56,246 nt of DNA from a virus (lineage: Duplodnaviria > Caudoviricetes): positions 1 to 56,246 of the IMG/VR virus record IMGVR_UViG_3300021335_000019. The stretch is one strand, 5' to 3'. This document shows, one piece after another, positions 26,299-36,933 of this stretch (position 1 is its first letter; each line of letters begins with the position of its first letter). Below the pieces are notes generated by a model. The model had not been told where the DNA came from. It was given only the letters and a program-made list of their open reading frames with translations, and made no database searches. A program made the position numbers and the translations under genes.

Positions 26299-27057
26299 AT
26301 GGCCGTCACCGTTCTGTCCGGTACGTCCGGCGCTCTGTACTACAAGCCCGCAGGGACCACCGGCACGTTCGGTGAGTCTGGCGTCAACACTACCGACGAT
26401 GAAATCACGGTGCAACCATACCTGAATCTGCAGGTTGGCGATCCTGTGGTGTTCAGCGTTGTCAATTCTCAAACCGGCGGCACCGGCACCGGCACTCTGC
26501 CTGCTGGAATCAGCTCAGGCACCACCTACTACGTCATCAGCTACACCGCATCCACCGGTGTGCTGCAGGTGTCCGGCACCCTTGGCGGTTCAACCATCAC
26601 CATCACCGACGATGGCACCGCCAATGCTCCTAATGAGTTCCAGGTGGCCTATGCCGATTACGCTGCTGTCGGGCAGGTGCAAAGCTGGAGCTTTGAGATC
26701 AGCCGGTCTGAAATCGACGTGACCACCATCGGCCAGGTCGGCACTCAGTATGCTCCATTCCGCGCTTACATCCCTGGTTTCGCTGATGGCAGCGGCTCCG
26801 CTACGGTTTATGTGACCGATGAGGATGCCGCGTTGTCTAACCGCATGGTCGAGGATGTGCTGCAGCGGAATCAAGTTGGTTGTGCCTTTAAGTTGTACAC
26901 CGACAAGCAAGGCACCGAAGCCCTGAGCCGCAGCATCGCAATGGATGCTGTGCTGCTGACCGCCAGCCTGAACATCAACCCTGATGATGCTCAACAGGTC
27001 GAGATCACCTTCCGCCCGACTGGCGCTCCCAGCTTTGACTTCAGCACCAGCGCCTGA
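26299..27057 (+). CDS. Major tail (tube) protein
   Basis: VGQVQSWSFEISRSEIDVTTIG...GFADGSG; followed by a terminator. Confidence 0.85.
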   Translation: MAVTVLSGTSGALYYKPAGTTGTFGESGVNTTDDEITVQPYLNLQVGDPVVFSVVNSQTGGTGTGTLPAGISSGTTYYVISYTASTGVLQVSGTLGGSTITITDDGTANAPNEFQVAYADYAAVGQVQSWSFEISRSEIDVTTIGQVGTQYAPFRAYIPGFADGSGSATVYVTDEDAALSNRMVEDVLQRNQVGCAFKLYTDKQGTEALSRSIAMDAVLLTASLNINPDDAQQVEITFRPTGAPSFDFSTSA

Positions 27058-27080
27058 TACGCTGTCACTGGAAGGAGAGA

Positions 27081-27106
27081 AGCCCTGGCAATGCTGGGGT
27101 TTTTTT
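27081..27106 (+). terminator. Intrinsic terminator
   Basis: GCCCTGGC-AAT-GCTGGGGT stem followed by a T run. Confidence 0.7.
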
Positions 27107-27143
27107 GTTGCTAGAGTAACAACGAACAGGATATTTTTTGAGC

Positions 27144-27491
27144 ATGACCGCAAAGCTGTCCGCATTGGATCGCCTTAAAAAGGCAGCAAACTTCACGCCA
27201 TCTAAGCGTGTGGTGAATCTGAACGACGGCACTGAGTTTGAGTTTTACTCAACACCGCTCACGATGTCCGAACGCGAGCGTGCGCAGAAGATGCCAGGCG
27301 GTGATGACGCCAATGGATTTGGCTTGAACTTGCTGGTCAATAAAGCGATGGATGAAAACGGGCAGCGATTGTTTCAGGCTGGCCAGATCGCAGAGTTGCG
27401 TGAAGAGGTGCGTGATGATGACATCCAAAAGCTGATCCTTGGTGTGATCCAAGAGGATGAGCAGTCAGACATGAAAAGCGCTAAAGACTGA
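27144..27491 (+). CDS. Tail assembly chaperone (gpG-like)
   Basis: Lies between the tail tube and tape measure genes. Confidence 0.75.
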   Translation: MTAKLSALDRLKKAANFTPSKRVVNLNDGTEFEFYSTPLTMSERERAQKMPGGDDANGFGLNLLVNKAMDENGQRLFQAGQIAELREEVRDDDIQKLILGVIQEDEQSDMKSAKD

Positions 27492-27660
27492 CCTGCGTCG
27501 TGATAACTGGCTCATGCTGCAGCTTTGTGTTGCAGCAGAACTTGGCATGAGCCTTGCACGGTTGAATCAAGAAGTCACACCAGAGGAGCTATTGATCTGG
27601 GATGCGTTTTTTACTGGCAGAAATGAAGAACGCGAGAAAGCGATGAAGCGGCGACGGTAG
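27475..27660 (+). CDS. Tail assembly chaperone extension (gpT-like) in the +1 frame
   Basis: Open frame KALKTDLRRDNWLMLQLCVAAELGMSLARL...EELLIWDAFF...RRR*; internal ATG at 27514. Confidence 0.6.
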   Translation, partial: KALKTDLRRDNWLMLQLCVAAELGMSLARLNQEVTPEELLIWDAFFTGRNEEREKAMKRRR

Positions 27661-27687
27661 ACTGCTGCTAGGTAGTGGTCGCCAGCC

Positions 27688-30600
27688 GTGAGCGCAGTTG
27701 CTAACGTCGCAATCAACCTTGATTCGCGTGGTGTACCGGCAAAGCTGAAGCAGATCGCTGATCGCGGTAAAGAAGTCGATCGGTCGCTTAATGGCGCAGC
27801 AGCTGCGACCACAAAAGCTGGGCGTGAGATAAAGACTGCAGCCAATGGGATGCGGTATTTCACGGACGCAGCAGGTCGAGCGCGAAAGGTTAACGGGCAG
27901 TTTGTCACCAGCACTGAGGCGGCAGCGGCAGGGATCAAGAAGCAAGACACGGCAGCTCGTAGCCTGATTGGCACCATGACCAAGCTGGCGGCCACCGCTG
28001 GCGCTGGTCGAGTTGCGGCGGGAATTACGCGCACCGCTGCAGGATTCGAGGAGGAACTTCGTCGTGCTGCCGCGATCGAAGGCGGCGGCAATCTAGATCA
28101 GCTGCGGCAATCAATCGAGCGGGTTGCATCAACAGCAGCAGGCACGCCAACAGAAGTGGCAGCGCTTGCTACATCATTGAGTCGCGCTGGTTTTACCGCA
28201 AAAGAAACCAGTGAATCACTGCAGGGCATCGTCACCGGCGCTGAAGCGACAAGCGTTGCATTTGACCAGCTTGGCAGCATCGTATCATCTAGCCTGCGTT
28301 CATTTGGGCTAGCAACATCAGATACCGCATCAGTGGTTGACACGTTGGTGCAAACCGCTAACAGTTCAAACCAGACAATCCTTGATCTTGGCGAAGCGTT
28401 GAGTTACGCAGCGCCAGGTGCGCGAACACTTGGCATCAGCATTGGCGACCTATCTGCAACGATTGGCCTTCTTGCAGATAATGGCATCCGCGGCAGCCGA
28501 GCTGGTACATCGCTGTCAACCGGCCTGAATCGGCTGCAGCTTGCAGCATCCGGCAGCCAAGAAGAATTGTTTGAGATCACGCGCGGCAGCGCAATGCTGA
28601 CCAAAGCGATGGATACATTAGGCAGTCAAGTGCTAGATGCAGAAGGCAACCTTAAACCACTTGATGATGTACTTCTTGCGCTTAAGGGTAGCCTCGATCA
28701 GTTAAATGTCGGCCAGCGCGTTGAGCTAACCAAGGCATTGTTTGGTGAAGAAGCGGGACGCGGATTCCAGGCATTGCTGGCAAGCAGCGAAGAGAAGATC
28801 CGCAGTATGTTTCAAACGATTGAAAACTCGCAAGGCAAAACAGAACAGGTCCGCGAAGAGATGCGCGGATTCTCTGACAGCATGAAAGTGCTAGGCGGCA
28901 ACATTGAGAACACTACCAACGCAATTGGCGATAAGTTCATTGTTGTTTTGCAGCCATTGGTTGATGGGCTGAATGCAACATTGAAGGCTGCATCTGAGCT
29001 ACCTAAACCAATACGCGACATTGGCGCCGCCGCTGCCGCCGCCGGCATCGCTGTCGGTGGCTTTGCATTGGCATTTAAGACGGCAGCTCCTTTAATTGAA
29101 TTGGTGGCCTACAAGCTAGGAGCTGGCGGCCTTGCTGGGGCAATGACAGCACTGCTAAATCCCATTGCGTTGGGTGCTGCAGCATTTGTTGGTCTTTCTG
29201 CTGTTGTTATTAAGTATTACGCAGATCAAGCCAAATTAAACAAGCTGCTTAATGCGTCTGAAACGATGGTTGGCGACCTGACGGGCGCAAAACAAGAATT
29301 AAAAAATAAAATTGCAGAAACAAGTGTTGAGCTGCAAAAAGCAGCTGGAAAGCTTGATCAAATGCGTGATAAGGGAGTGTCAAACGCTCGTGCAATTCAA
29401 GCGCAAGAAAAACGTGTTAAAGAATTAAAGAAACTACTTGAAGGTTTAGAAGGCGAATACACCTCAGTTATTAAGATTATTGAGGTTCGTGAAAAGTTTG
29501 GTATTGATACTCTAAATGCAGCACCTGGCACTCGTGGTCGTCAAGCTGCCATCGATGAACGCCGAGCAGAAGCGAAGCGGAAGGCAGCAGAGAAGGCACG
29601 ATTAGACGCTTTAAGCGATCCAAGCGGCGGCGGTGCAGCGGCCAGGGGCGCAGGCGCAGCGGCAGCCAAAAATGATGAAGCAAAGCGCATACAAGAGCGC
29701 ATTAGTGGTTTACAGCAAGATGTTGCGCTAAATGAAAAACTGCGTGGAATTAGAGAGAAAATTGCAGAAGCTGATTTGGCTGGCGATCAAGCTCTTGCGG
29801 TTAAACTTCAAGGGGAAGAACGTCTTCTCCAGCTTGTTGACAGTTACGATCGACTGAAAGCCAGCGCTGCGAACAACGCAGAACGTGATGCGCTTGAAGC
29901 TAAGCTGCAAAGCGAAACATTGCTTAGTCAGCAGGATGTCTTGGCTCAGTTGAACAAGCTGGATAGCGACAAAGCAAAAGCGTTTGAAGATCAACTTCGT
30001 CCCTTGCAGGAACAACGCAGGTTGCTTGAGGCTCAGCTGAATGGCCGTAGGCAAGAAGAGGAGCTGATGATCCAAATCGAAAATGCGACTAGAGGACTTG
30101 TCCCAGCAGAAGCTCAGCGGGTTGAAAACTTAATCCGTGGCAACGCTGCATTGGAGGAGCAGCTGAATCAAGTTGATCTACTAAACGAAGCCCTCGCCGG
30201 TGCTGGTGAAATCATCGGCAATCAGCTACGTGGCGCGATCGATGGATTGATTGATGGCACGGCTGATTGGAACAACATCCTGCGAGATACGCTTAGCCAG
30301 CTTGGTAGTTTCTTCTTGAACCTTGGCTTGAATCAACTGGCCGGCCCTATGGGATCACCTGGCATCCTCAGTTTCCTTGGTTTCGGTACTAAGGAACGCG
30401 CCAACGGCGGCCCCGTCAACGCAAACGAGCCTTACATCGTCGGCGAACGCGGGCCTGAGTTGTTCATCCCATTCCAGCAGGGCAACATTACATCCAACGA
30501 AGAGCTGAAAGCGCAGATGCGTGAAGCCAGCTCTGCACCGATGGCCTTTGCTAAACCAGGCGCTGATGGCAAAAATGGCGACGACACTATAAGCACAAGC

Positions 30601-30903
30601 GAAAGGCGTTTGCTTGAGCGCTCCTACGCTGACCGACTGCGGGAAACCCGGGAAGTCATGCTGCCGTTCACACGCAGCGCTGAACAGGCATCAATTGTGG
30701 CAGCCGAGCGCGAAACCGCACAAGCCATCAGCAATCCTGGCCCGATCGATGTTCGGTACGAGTCAACCGTGGTCAACGGCGTCGAGTACGTCACTGCTGA
30801 GCAGCATCAAGCTGGCATGGCGCAGGCTGCTGAACGTGGGCGTGCACTTACGCTGGCGGCACTGCAAAATAGCGTTAAGGCCAGGAGTCGCGTCGGGATA
30901 TGA
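27688..30903 (+). CDS. Tail tape measure protein
   Basis: 1071 aa, Ala-rich; TP901-type core (LGEALSYAAP...GIRGSRAGT); RANGGPV...YIVGERGPELFIP. Confidence 0.92.
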   Translation: MSAVANVAINLDSRGVPAKLKQIADRGKEVDRSLNGAAAATTKAGREIKTAANGMRYFTDAAGRARKVNGQFVTSTEAAAAGIKKQDTAARSLIGTMTKLAATAGAGRVAAGITRTAAGFEEELRRAAAIEGGGNLDQLRQSIERVASTAAGTPTEVAALATSLSRAGFTAKETSESLQGIVTGAEATSVAFDQLGSIVSSSLRSFGLATSDTASVVDTLVQTANSSNQTILDLGEALSYAAPGARTLGISIGDLSATIGLLADNGIRGSRAGTSLSTGLNRLQLAASGSQEELFEITRGSAMLTKAMDTLGSQVLDAEGNLKPLDDVLLALKGSLDQLNVGQRVELTKALFGEEAGRGFQALLASSEEKIRSMFQTIENSQGKTEQVREEMRGFSDSMKVLGGNIENTTNAIGDKFIVVLQPLVDGLNATLKAASELPKPIRDIGAAAAAAGIAVGGFALAFKTAAPLIELVAYKLGAGGLAGAMTALLNPIALGAAAFVGLSAVVIKYYADQAKLNKLLNASETMVGDLTGAKQELKNKIAETSVELQKAAGKLDQMRDKGVSNARAIQAQEKRVKELKKLLEGLEGEYTSVIKIIEVREKFGIDTLNAAPGTRGRQAAIDERRAEAKRKAAEKARLDALSDPSGGGAAARGAGAAAAKNDEAKRIQERISGLQQDVALNEKLRGIREKIAEADLAGDQALAVKLQGEERLLQLVDSYDRLKASAANNAERDALEAKLQSETLLSQQDVLAQLNKLDSDKAKAFEDQLRPLQEQRRLLEAQLNGRRQEEELMIQIENATRGLVPAEAQRVENLIRGNAALEEQLNQVDLLNEALAGAGEIIGNQLRGAIDGLIDGTADWNNILRDTLSQLGSFFLNLGLNQLAGPMGSPGILSFLGFGTKERANGGPVNANEPYIVGERGPELFIPFQQGNITSNEELKAQMREASSAPMAFAKPGADGKNGDDTISTSERRLLERSYADRLRETREVMLPFTRSAEQASIVAAERETAQAISNPGPIDVRYESTVVNGVEYVTAEQHQAGMAQAAERGRALTLAALQNSVKARSRVGI

Positions 30904-31373
30904 GCGCTTACGCATTCGTCAATTACATCCGCTTCAAGACGCAGGCCGATGCATACACCGGCACGCCGTACCAGAACTTCAGTATCAACGAAAGCAGGAC
31001 GTACAGCGGCGTCACCTACAGCTTTGCGCCATTCGCCATCTCATCCGGCGGTGGCGCTCGCGGCGGCGAACGCTCCAGCGCATCACTCGTGGCTGGCACG
31101 GATGCGATCTCCGTAAACCTGTTCGCCGAAGCGGTGCAGAACCGTTACATGCTGGAGATCAAAACCGTCAGCCTTGATCCGCTTACCTTTGCTGATGAAG
31201 CGCTGGCCGCATCTGAGATCTGGCGTGTTGCGTCCTATGACATGGACACCAGCCGCGTGGTACTCAAGCTGACCTCACCGCTTGATGCCGTCAAGGCGCA
31301 GGTACCACGTCGCACGTTGAGCACCGCCTTGGTTGGTGCGTTGCCAACATCCGGCGCATTGGTGGTGAGCTGA
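30900..31373 (+). CDS. Minor tail tip protein (gpL-like)
   Basis: Follows the TMP; YSFAPF and LTSPLDAV...VPRR. Confidence 0.6.
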   Translation: MSAYAFVNYIRFKTQADAYTGTPYQNFSINESRTYSGVTYSFAPFAISSGGGARGGERSSASLVAGTDAISVNLFAEAVQNRYMLEIKTVSLDPLTFADEALAASEIWRVASYDMDTSRVVLKLTSPLDAVKAQVPRRTLSTALVGALPTSGALVVS

Positions 31374-31741
31374 TGTGGCACCAGTGGATCGGACTACCGC
31401 ATAAGTTCCGTGCTGATCCACGCAAAGGCATCGGCGCCGATTGCTTGATCATGGTCTGGAACGTGCTCGAAGATGCCGGCGCACCGCATCCACGGCTTGA
31501 TCCGACATGGCTTGACCTTGCCGAGAGCGGCAGGCATCGCCTGTTAGCGCGGGTTTACGAGCAACTTACAATACCGTTAGATGCTCCAGAGGAGTACGCG
31601 GTAACCTTGTTCTCCACTGAGCGCACCATTGGAATTGGCGTTGTTGTTGATGGTGGTTTGCTCCACGTTCATCACCGTCGCGGTGTGCAGTGGATGCCGC
31701 TGGATCGTTGCAAACCGCTGGAGTTTAGGAAATTCAAATGA
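31373..31741 (+). CDS. NlpC/P60-like tail tip protein (gpK-like)
   Basis: WIGLPH...GADCL motif; position. Confidence 0.6.
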   Translation: MWHQWIGLPHKFRADPRKGIGADCLIMVWNVLEDAGAPHPRLDPTWLDLAESGRHRLLARVYEQLTIPLDAPEEYAVTLFSTERTIGIGVVVDGGLLHVHHRRGVQWMPLDRCKPLEFRKFK

Positions 31742-34700
31742 TGCTGCCTTCTGATCGCTACCTTGCCGACATCCTTGGTCTGACGGAACAGCAGTATCGT
31801 CACTTTCAGATCGAGGTGCGGAAACGCGCAGCCGAAGGCCCGCAGCCTGCGGTGGTGGCTGAGATTACCACCGTCATTGCCATCGCCAACCTCGTCATCG
31901 GTCTTGGTGCGCTGGCGGTATCAGCGTTACTCAAGCCGACAACACCGCAACCCGGCCAAGCGCCAGGCCAACCACGTCAGACGCAGGACACCACTGACCC
32001 GATCATTCGCAACAGCAGGTTTGCGCCACGGTACGGATTCGACAGTCAGCAGGATATTGCCACACTCGGCAGCATCATCCCGATCGTTTATGCCAAGCGG
32101 GAACTGATCAGCGGTGATTACTACGGCGGCATCAGGATCAACATGCCGATGCTGTGGAACCAAATCCTGAGCCTGGGCGGCGGCCAGATGCTGCGTGGTG
32201 TGTTCCTGCTGGGCGAAGGCACCGTCAGCAGCATCGACACGACTGGCTTCGCGATTGGCTCTAACACGTTGCAGGGCTATGTCTTCGATAGCAGCTCCGC
32301 AACAGAGCAAGGCGCTCGCGTCACGGTGTACTTCAGCCCCGACGGTAATCGGATTATTGAAAGCGATCGAGTGCTTGGACGCAGTGGCGAACAAGATCGA
32401 CGAGTCAACGGCGGTGGCTCGTCTTCCACGACTACAACTGGAGATGTGTTTAGTGTCTTTTATGAAGACAGTGAACAAACGGACTTCTGTTCATCCAACC
32501 GCCCGAGTACGCAGACTACGTTTGGTGTCTATGCACCAATCGGCAATGACCTGATGTATAAGGTTAATCCTGTTATCCGGCCGGGTGTCAGGACTGTTTT
32601 TGAGAATCAAACAGCCGATACAAGGGTAAACGTTACTTGCCCTGTTGACTGGCAGCAGATGAACACAAGGGATAAGTATCGCGCTGAGTTCTCTAGTTTT
32701 AGCGGCGTAGTTGGAACCGGATCAGAGCAAAGTGTAAGCGCAGGAAGCACAATCACTTACAAGCTATTCAGCAACAGCGATTGGGCGACACAGTTTGACG
32801 ATTACACCGACGCAGGTGATGACCAGCCAGGCGGTGAGGCCGACTGCAAAGATGTAGCGTCAACTGTCGCCTCAAGGCAAAGAGCATGGTTCGATCGCCT
32901 TACTGTTGGCGAGCTTTACAAGATTGGGACCGCGCTTGCCGTTTGCACCAGTGTTGACAATGAGTTTGTTTCTGATGCGGACTTGGGCGGCAGCGGCGGC
33001 ACGACCGTTACCGCACTTTTCTCTGTAATCAAAGCTGGTGACGTAAAAGGGCAATCCGAGACTTACCTTTCCGATGGATCGGGCGGCAATGAAGTCGCCA
33101 CAACCGGCGGCCACTTGCTGCGTTACACAAGCGCTCACATTTCGACTACCCGTGCGTGCGCCGCGATTGAGCTTGGCTTAAAGTCCACGCTCGGCTCAAG
33201 AATAAATGGGCTTTGCAACTTTAGAGACACCAAAACATATCAGCAGATTGACGAGCTGTACTGCACTGCGTTTGAAAACGAAGAGGCTTCTGAAATTGTT
33301 AGTGCTTTGTATCAAAGCGGAACTATTTCGACTCCGTTTGAACGCTATTCGTTCTTCAAGATCAAATACCGTGACATTACAAGCAGCAGTTGGACAACAC
33401 TAACCCATGCCTATGGCGTTCGCAGCGAGACACAACAAGCGCTATTTACTTACATCCGCTTGGAATTTAGTAGCGTCAAGCAACGCGAATTTATGTTCGA
33501 GCCGCTGTCGGGCTTTGAAATCCGCAACAGCAAATACGGTGCAGGCGCAACCCTCTATGTGCTCGATCCAAAGAAGAATCGCACCACTGTCACCGAGAAT
33601 GGAACGACAGCCGTATTTAATGGCGAGTCTGTTGCACTGAACGAAACCAATTTTGGCATTAACTACGGCAACGCTGAAGCGGCACTGCCTGACTCGTACT
33701 CATACTCCGAAGGAGGCGGAAACACCCGCACTTACGATGGATTGCCCAAAGTTGACACAAATACTTATATCGACGACTATGCCAAGTTGGCTGAGATGTT
33801 TGTTTACCCTGAAATTTCAACAACCGCTGAGGGTGGCCCTGAGCACGAGATCGTCTATGTCAATGAGATCGTTCCGAATGACAGCGCACCGCTGTATGAC
33901 GATCTTGCCCTTGTCGGCATCAACATCCGTTCATCAGCGGAATGGCAGCAGTTCGCGCAGTTCTCTAGTTATGTCACAGGCGGCAAAGAATGCACGCTGA
34001 TGCTCGGCGGATCTGGCGCCACCCATCTGTTCCCGGATGTGTTGTATGACCTGATGACCGACACCCGCTATGGCGCTGGTTCGTTGATCAAGTCCTACAT
34101 GATCGACACCACAGAGTTTGCAACTGCCGCGCAATGGTGCCTGGACCGCAAATACTTCTACGATGCTGCCGTCGCAGAACCGATCAACATCAGACAATGG
34201 GCAGCAGATCTAGCAGCCACGCACTTGCTGCAGTTCGGTGAGATTGACGGCAAATACTTCTTGCGCCCTGCTATCTCGTTCACTGCTGTGTCAATCGCTG
34301 GCCTGTTCACCGCAGGCAACATCGCAGAAGGCAGCTTCCAGCTTCAATACTTCGATCCTGAAGACCGCGATCCGATTCAGGTTTCCGTTCGTTACCGCGA
34401 GGAACGTCCCAGCAACGACCTGACCAGTCTGGGATTGTTCCCAGTGGTGCGTGAAGTGTTGGTGCGCGAATCCGACGCCGCAGGTGGTTCTGACACCGAT
34501 CCGATCGAGCAGCTCGACATGTCGGCATACTGCACCAGCCAAGCTCATGCGATCGATGCTGCAAAATTCCTGATCAGGATGCGTCGCATCCCGACCCATA
34601 CGATCACCTTCAAAACCATGCACGATGGCCTGACTGCAGGCTTGGCGCCTGGTGATTACATCAAAGTCGCCATGGACGAAACCGAGTACGACGAGTTCAA

Positions 34701-35034
34701 CAACGGTGTAGTCACACCCGAGGGCGCATTGGTCAGCACAAAGGCATTATCCGATGGCACTTACAACGTGGTCGCATGGGATGGCACCGAAGGCACGCCA
34801 CCAGCAGATGCAACGCTGACTGTCAGCAACAGCGGCAAGACTGGTTCGCCAACCGGCATTGTCTTCACCGTCAAGCTGCCCGCTACTCAAGTGCGCGTGT
34901 ACCAAGTGGAGCGGATCACGCCAGATGATGAGGGCACATTTACAATAGAAGCAATGCGCATGCCCGTGAATAGCTCCGGCGTCCTTGAGGTTGCTGATGG
35001 CTTCGATACCGCTGGCAACTGGGAGATTTCGTAA
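31738..35034 (+). CDS. Tail tip/central fibre protein (gpJ-like)
   Basis: 1098 aa; GSIIPIVY, FLLGEG, LYDLMTDTRYGAG, LAPGDYIKV. Confidence 0.8.
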   Translation: MMLPSDRYLADILGLTEQQYRHFQIEVRKRAAEGPQPAVVAEITTVIAIANLVIGLGALAVSALLKPTTPQPGQAPGQPRQTQDTTDPIIRNSRFAPRYGFDSQQDIATLGSIIPIVYAKRELISGDYYGGIRINMPMLWNQILSLGGGQMLRGVFLLGEGTVSSIDTTGFAIGSNTLQGYVFDSSSATEQGARVTVYFSPDGNRIIESDRVLGRSGEQDRRVNGGGSSSTTTTGDVFSVFYEDSEQTDFCSSNRPSTQTTFGVYAPIGNDLMYKVNPVIRPGVRTVFENQTADTRVNVTCPVDWQQMNTRDKYRAEFSSFSGVVGTGSEQSVSAGSTITYKLFSNSDWATQFDDYTDAGDDQPGGEADCKDVASTVASRQRAWFDRLTVGELYKIGTALAVCTSVDNEFVSDADLGGSGGTTVTALFSVIKAGDVKGQSETYLSDGSGGNEVATTGGHLLRYTSAHISTTRACAAIELGLKSTLGSRINGLCNFRDTKTYQQIDELYCTAFENEEASEIVSALYQSGTISTPFERYSFFKIKYRDITSSSWTTLTHAYGVRSETQQALFTYIRLEFSSVKQREFMFEPLSGFEIRNSKYGAGATLYVLDPKKNRTTVTENGTTAVFNGESVALNETNFGINYGNAEAALPDSYSYSEGGGNTRTYDGLPKVDTNTYIDDYAKLAEMFVYPEISTTAEGGPEHEIVYVNEIVPNDSAPLYDDLALVGINIRSSAEWQQFAQFSSYVTGGKECTLMLGGSGATHLFPDVLYDLMTDTRYGAGSLIKSYMIDTTEFATAAQWCLDRKYFYDAAVAEPINIRQWAADLAATHLLQFGEIDGKYFLRPAISFTAVSIAGLFTAGNIAEGSFQLQYFDPEDRDPIQVSVRYREERPSNDLTSLGLFPVVREVLVRESDAAGGSDTDPIEQLDMSAYCTSQAHAIDAAKFLIRMRRIPTHTITFKTMHDGLTAGLAPGDYIKVAMDETEYDEFNNGVVTPEGALVSTKALSDGTYNVVAWDGTEGTPPADATLTVSNSGKTGSPTGIVFTVKLPATQVRVYQVERITPDDEGTFTIEAMRMPVNSSGVLEVADGFDTAGNWEIS

Positions 35035-35039
35035 AAGCA

Positions 35040-35459
35040 ATGCCTGTTCTGACTGTTCAACGAGCACCAACCAGCCGCAGCTTTCGTGCTGGTAAGTGGC
35101 CGATCACGACTGCAACAAGCCAGTCAGGTGTTCGCAGCAAAAGACTTTGGGGCAGTCTGGCTAGCGGTGGTTCGCTGAGTTTGACCTATGCAAACATCCC
35201 TGATGACGTAGCTGAGGACTTCATTGATAGCTGGCAGCAGACAAAAGGTGGGTTGGATTACCTAGAGACAACAAGTGGTAACGGCATTCAATCGACGGAT
35301 TTGATGTTTGATGGAATGTCGGCTGACATGAAAGCTGAGGTCTTAAGTGCAACGGCAGGCACACAATGGACCTACGCAGCAGCACCAGTTGTTGAAAGCG
35401 TGGCGCCTGGCATCAGCACTGTTAAGATTGAATTGATTGCTGAACTTAGGTCTGACTGA
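35040..35459 (+). CDS. Tail protein, hypothetical
   Basis: ORF within the tail operon. Confidence 0.6.
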   Translation: MPVLTVQRAPTSRSFRAGKWPITTATSQSGVRSKRLWGSLASGGSLSLTYANIPDDVAEDFIDSWQQTKGGLDYLETTSGNGIQSTDLMFDGMSADMKAEVLSATAGTQWTYAAAPVVESVAPGISTVKIELIAELRSD

Positions 35460-35857
35460 TGGCTGTCAAGACAGGCGCTACCGCCGAACTCAGGCTTGAT
35501 GGTACGGCTATCGCCAAGGTGCGCGACGTATCCATCACGTTTGCTAGGGATGCGCTCGAAACAACCGGCATTGGGCAGAACGATCGCACCTATGCCTATG
35601 GCATCCGTGGCACAACAGGCAGCGGCACTTTGCTTTACGACGCAGCCGATACTGCAACCCGCGCAGTAATCAATAGGTTGCTGAGCGATTCAACCTCGAC
35701 CAACAGCATTTCAATGGTGCTGGATACCTCGACTACTGATGGCACAATTACCGGCAACGCTTTGATTACTCAGGCTGGCACGAGCGTCAGCGTCGGTGAT
35801 CTTGTCAGCATCCCGATCTCGTTTACCTTCAGCGGCGCGCCCAGCGGTAGCTTCTGA
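35459..35857 (+). CDS. Tail-tube-like protein
   Basis: IAKVRDVSITFARDALETTGIG...GSGTLLYD resembles the tube fold of 26299-27057. Confidence 0.6.
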   Translation: MAVKTGATAELRLDGTAIAKVRDVSITFARDALETTGIGQNDRTYAYGIRGTTGSGTLLYDAADTATRAVINRLLSDSTSTNSISMVLDTSTTDGTITGNALITQAGTSVSVGDLVSIPISFTFSGAPSGSF

Positions 35858-36891
35858 TGGCAGTACTCGGCAGCGGCGGTGTCCTTGACATCAGCCGGGA
35901 AATCCCGGATGCAATGGCGCTGACTTCTGCTCGATTGAACGCTGGCAGCATTTCACTTGCCAATCAGGCTTACTGGGCCGGTGACCGCATCATTATCGCC
36001 GCTGCCGATGGCGTCCCATTTGATGTCAACGGTGACGGTTACGCAGACTGCCCTGACGGCCATGGCTTTTACCGTGGTTCGGCTTGGGACGCAGGCCCAG
36101 CGTTGGCTTTCTATGTCGGCGGATTGACGGATGGCGCACCGTTCTACGATCAGTTCACAGCAGACGACAACGATCGCTATAACACCACCGCCACGACAGG
36201 TTTGACAACACAGATTGATGGCTACATGAGCCGCGATGTGCTGGATCGCCTCAAGCTGTGGACCACCGAGGGCGCAGCGCATTCCGAAACTGGCACCGAA
36301 AAATCGCTGATCGCCGTCAAGCCATCGAATTTCATCATCGCGCATTACGACAACGACGCGAGCTACACCAGCGCAATCGATACTGCAGCCAATTCGATCC
36401 AGCCGCTGACGCTGCCTGATTCTGAGCAACGCCTCGAATCAGCGATCACATTGCCTGCTGGCTTCAGCGTTGTGTGTGAAAACCGTGACTGGAAGCTGCA
36501 ATGCGACCTTGCAGAGTGGGCCATGAGCATCGATGCCAGCAACCTCGATACCACCGCAATCGGCGAAACCTTCGGCGAAAACATCAAGTCCCTGGTACGT
36601 GGCGCTGGTAGCCTGCAATTCATGGCTGAGCACAGCAGCGTCGATACTGAGGAGGATGGCCTTGCGTTGCTCAGGTTGGTGCTATTAACTCAGAATCAAT
36701 GCAATACCAAAGCGCGATTTTATATTTACAAGGATCGCTCAGCGCCATCGCCGCGCATCGATGGTTCAGTCTATTACGAGTGCGACATCCTGCTGACCAA
36801 CACTCGTCTTAACACCCGCGCTACTGAGATAATTGCTGGTACGGCTGACTTTGTAGCCACATCCGAGATCAAGATCAAAGTAGCAGCCTGA
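35857..36891 (+). CDS. Tail protein with a C-terminal tube-like domain
   Basis: EWAMSIDASNLDTTAIGE...GAGSLQF. Confidence 0.6.
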   Translation: MAVLGSGGVLDISREIPDAMALTSARLNAGSISLANQAYWAGDRIIIAAADGVPFDVNGDGYADCPDGHGFYRGSAWDAGPALAFYVGGLTDGAPFYDQFTADDNDRYNTTATTGLTTQIDGYMSRDVLDRLKLWTTEGAAHSETGTEKSLIAVKPSNFIIAHYDNDASYTSAIDTAANSIQPLTLPDSEQRLESAITLPAGFSVVCENRDWKLQCDLAEWAMSIDASNLDTTAIGETFGENIKSLVRGAGSLQFMAEHSSVDTEEDGLALLRLVLLTQNQCNTKARFYIYKDRSAPSPRIDGSVYYECDILLTNTRLNTRATEIIAGTADFVATSEIKIKVAA

Positions 36892-36933
36892 TTTCCACGG
36901 TGCTACGATGACTCCATGTAGTGCCAAAGTAAC

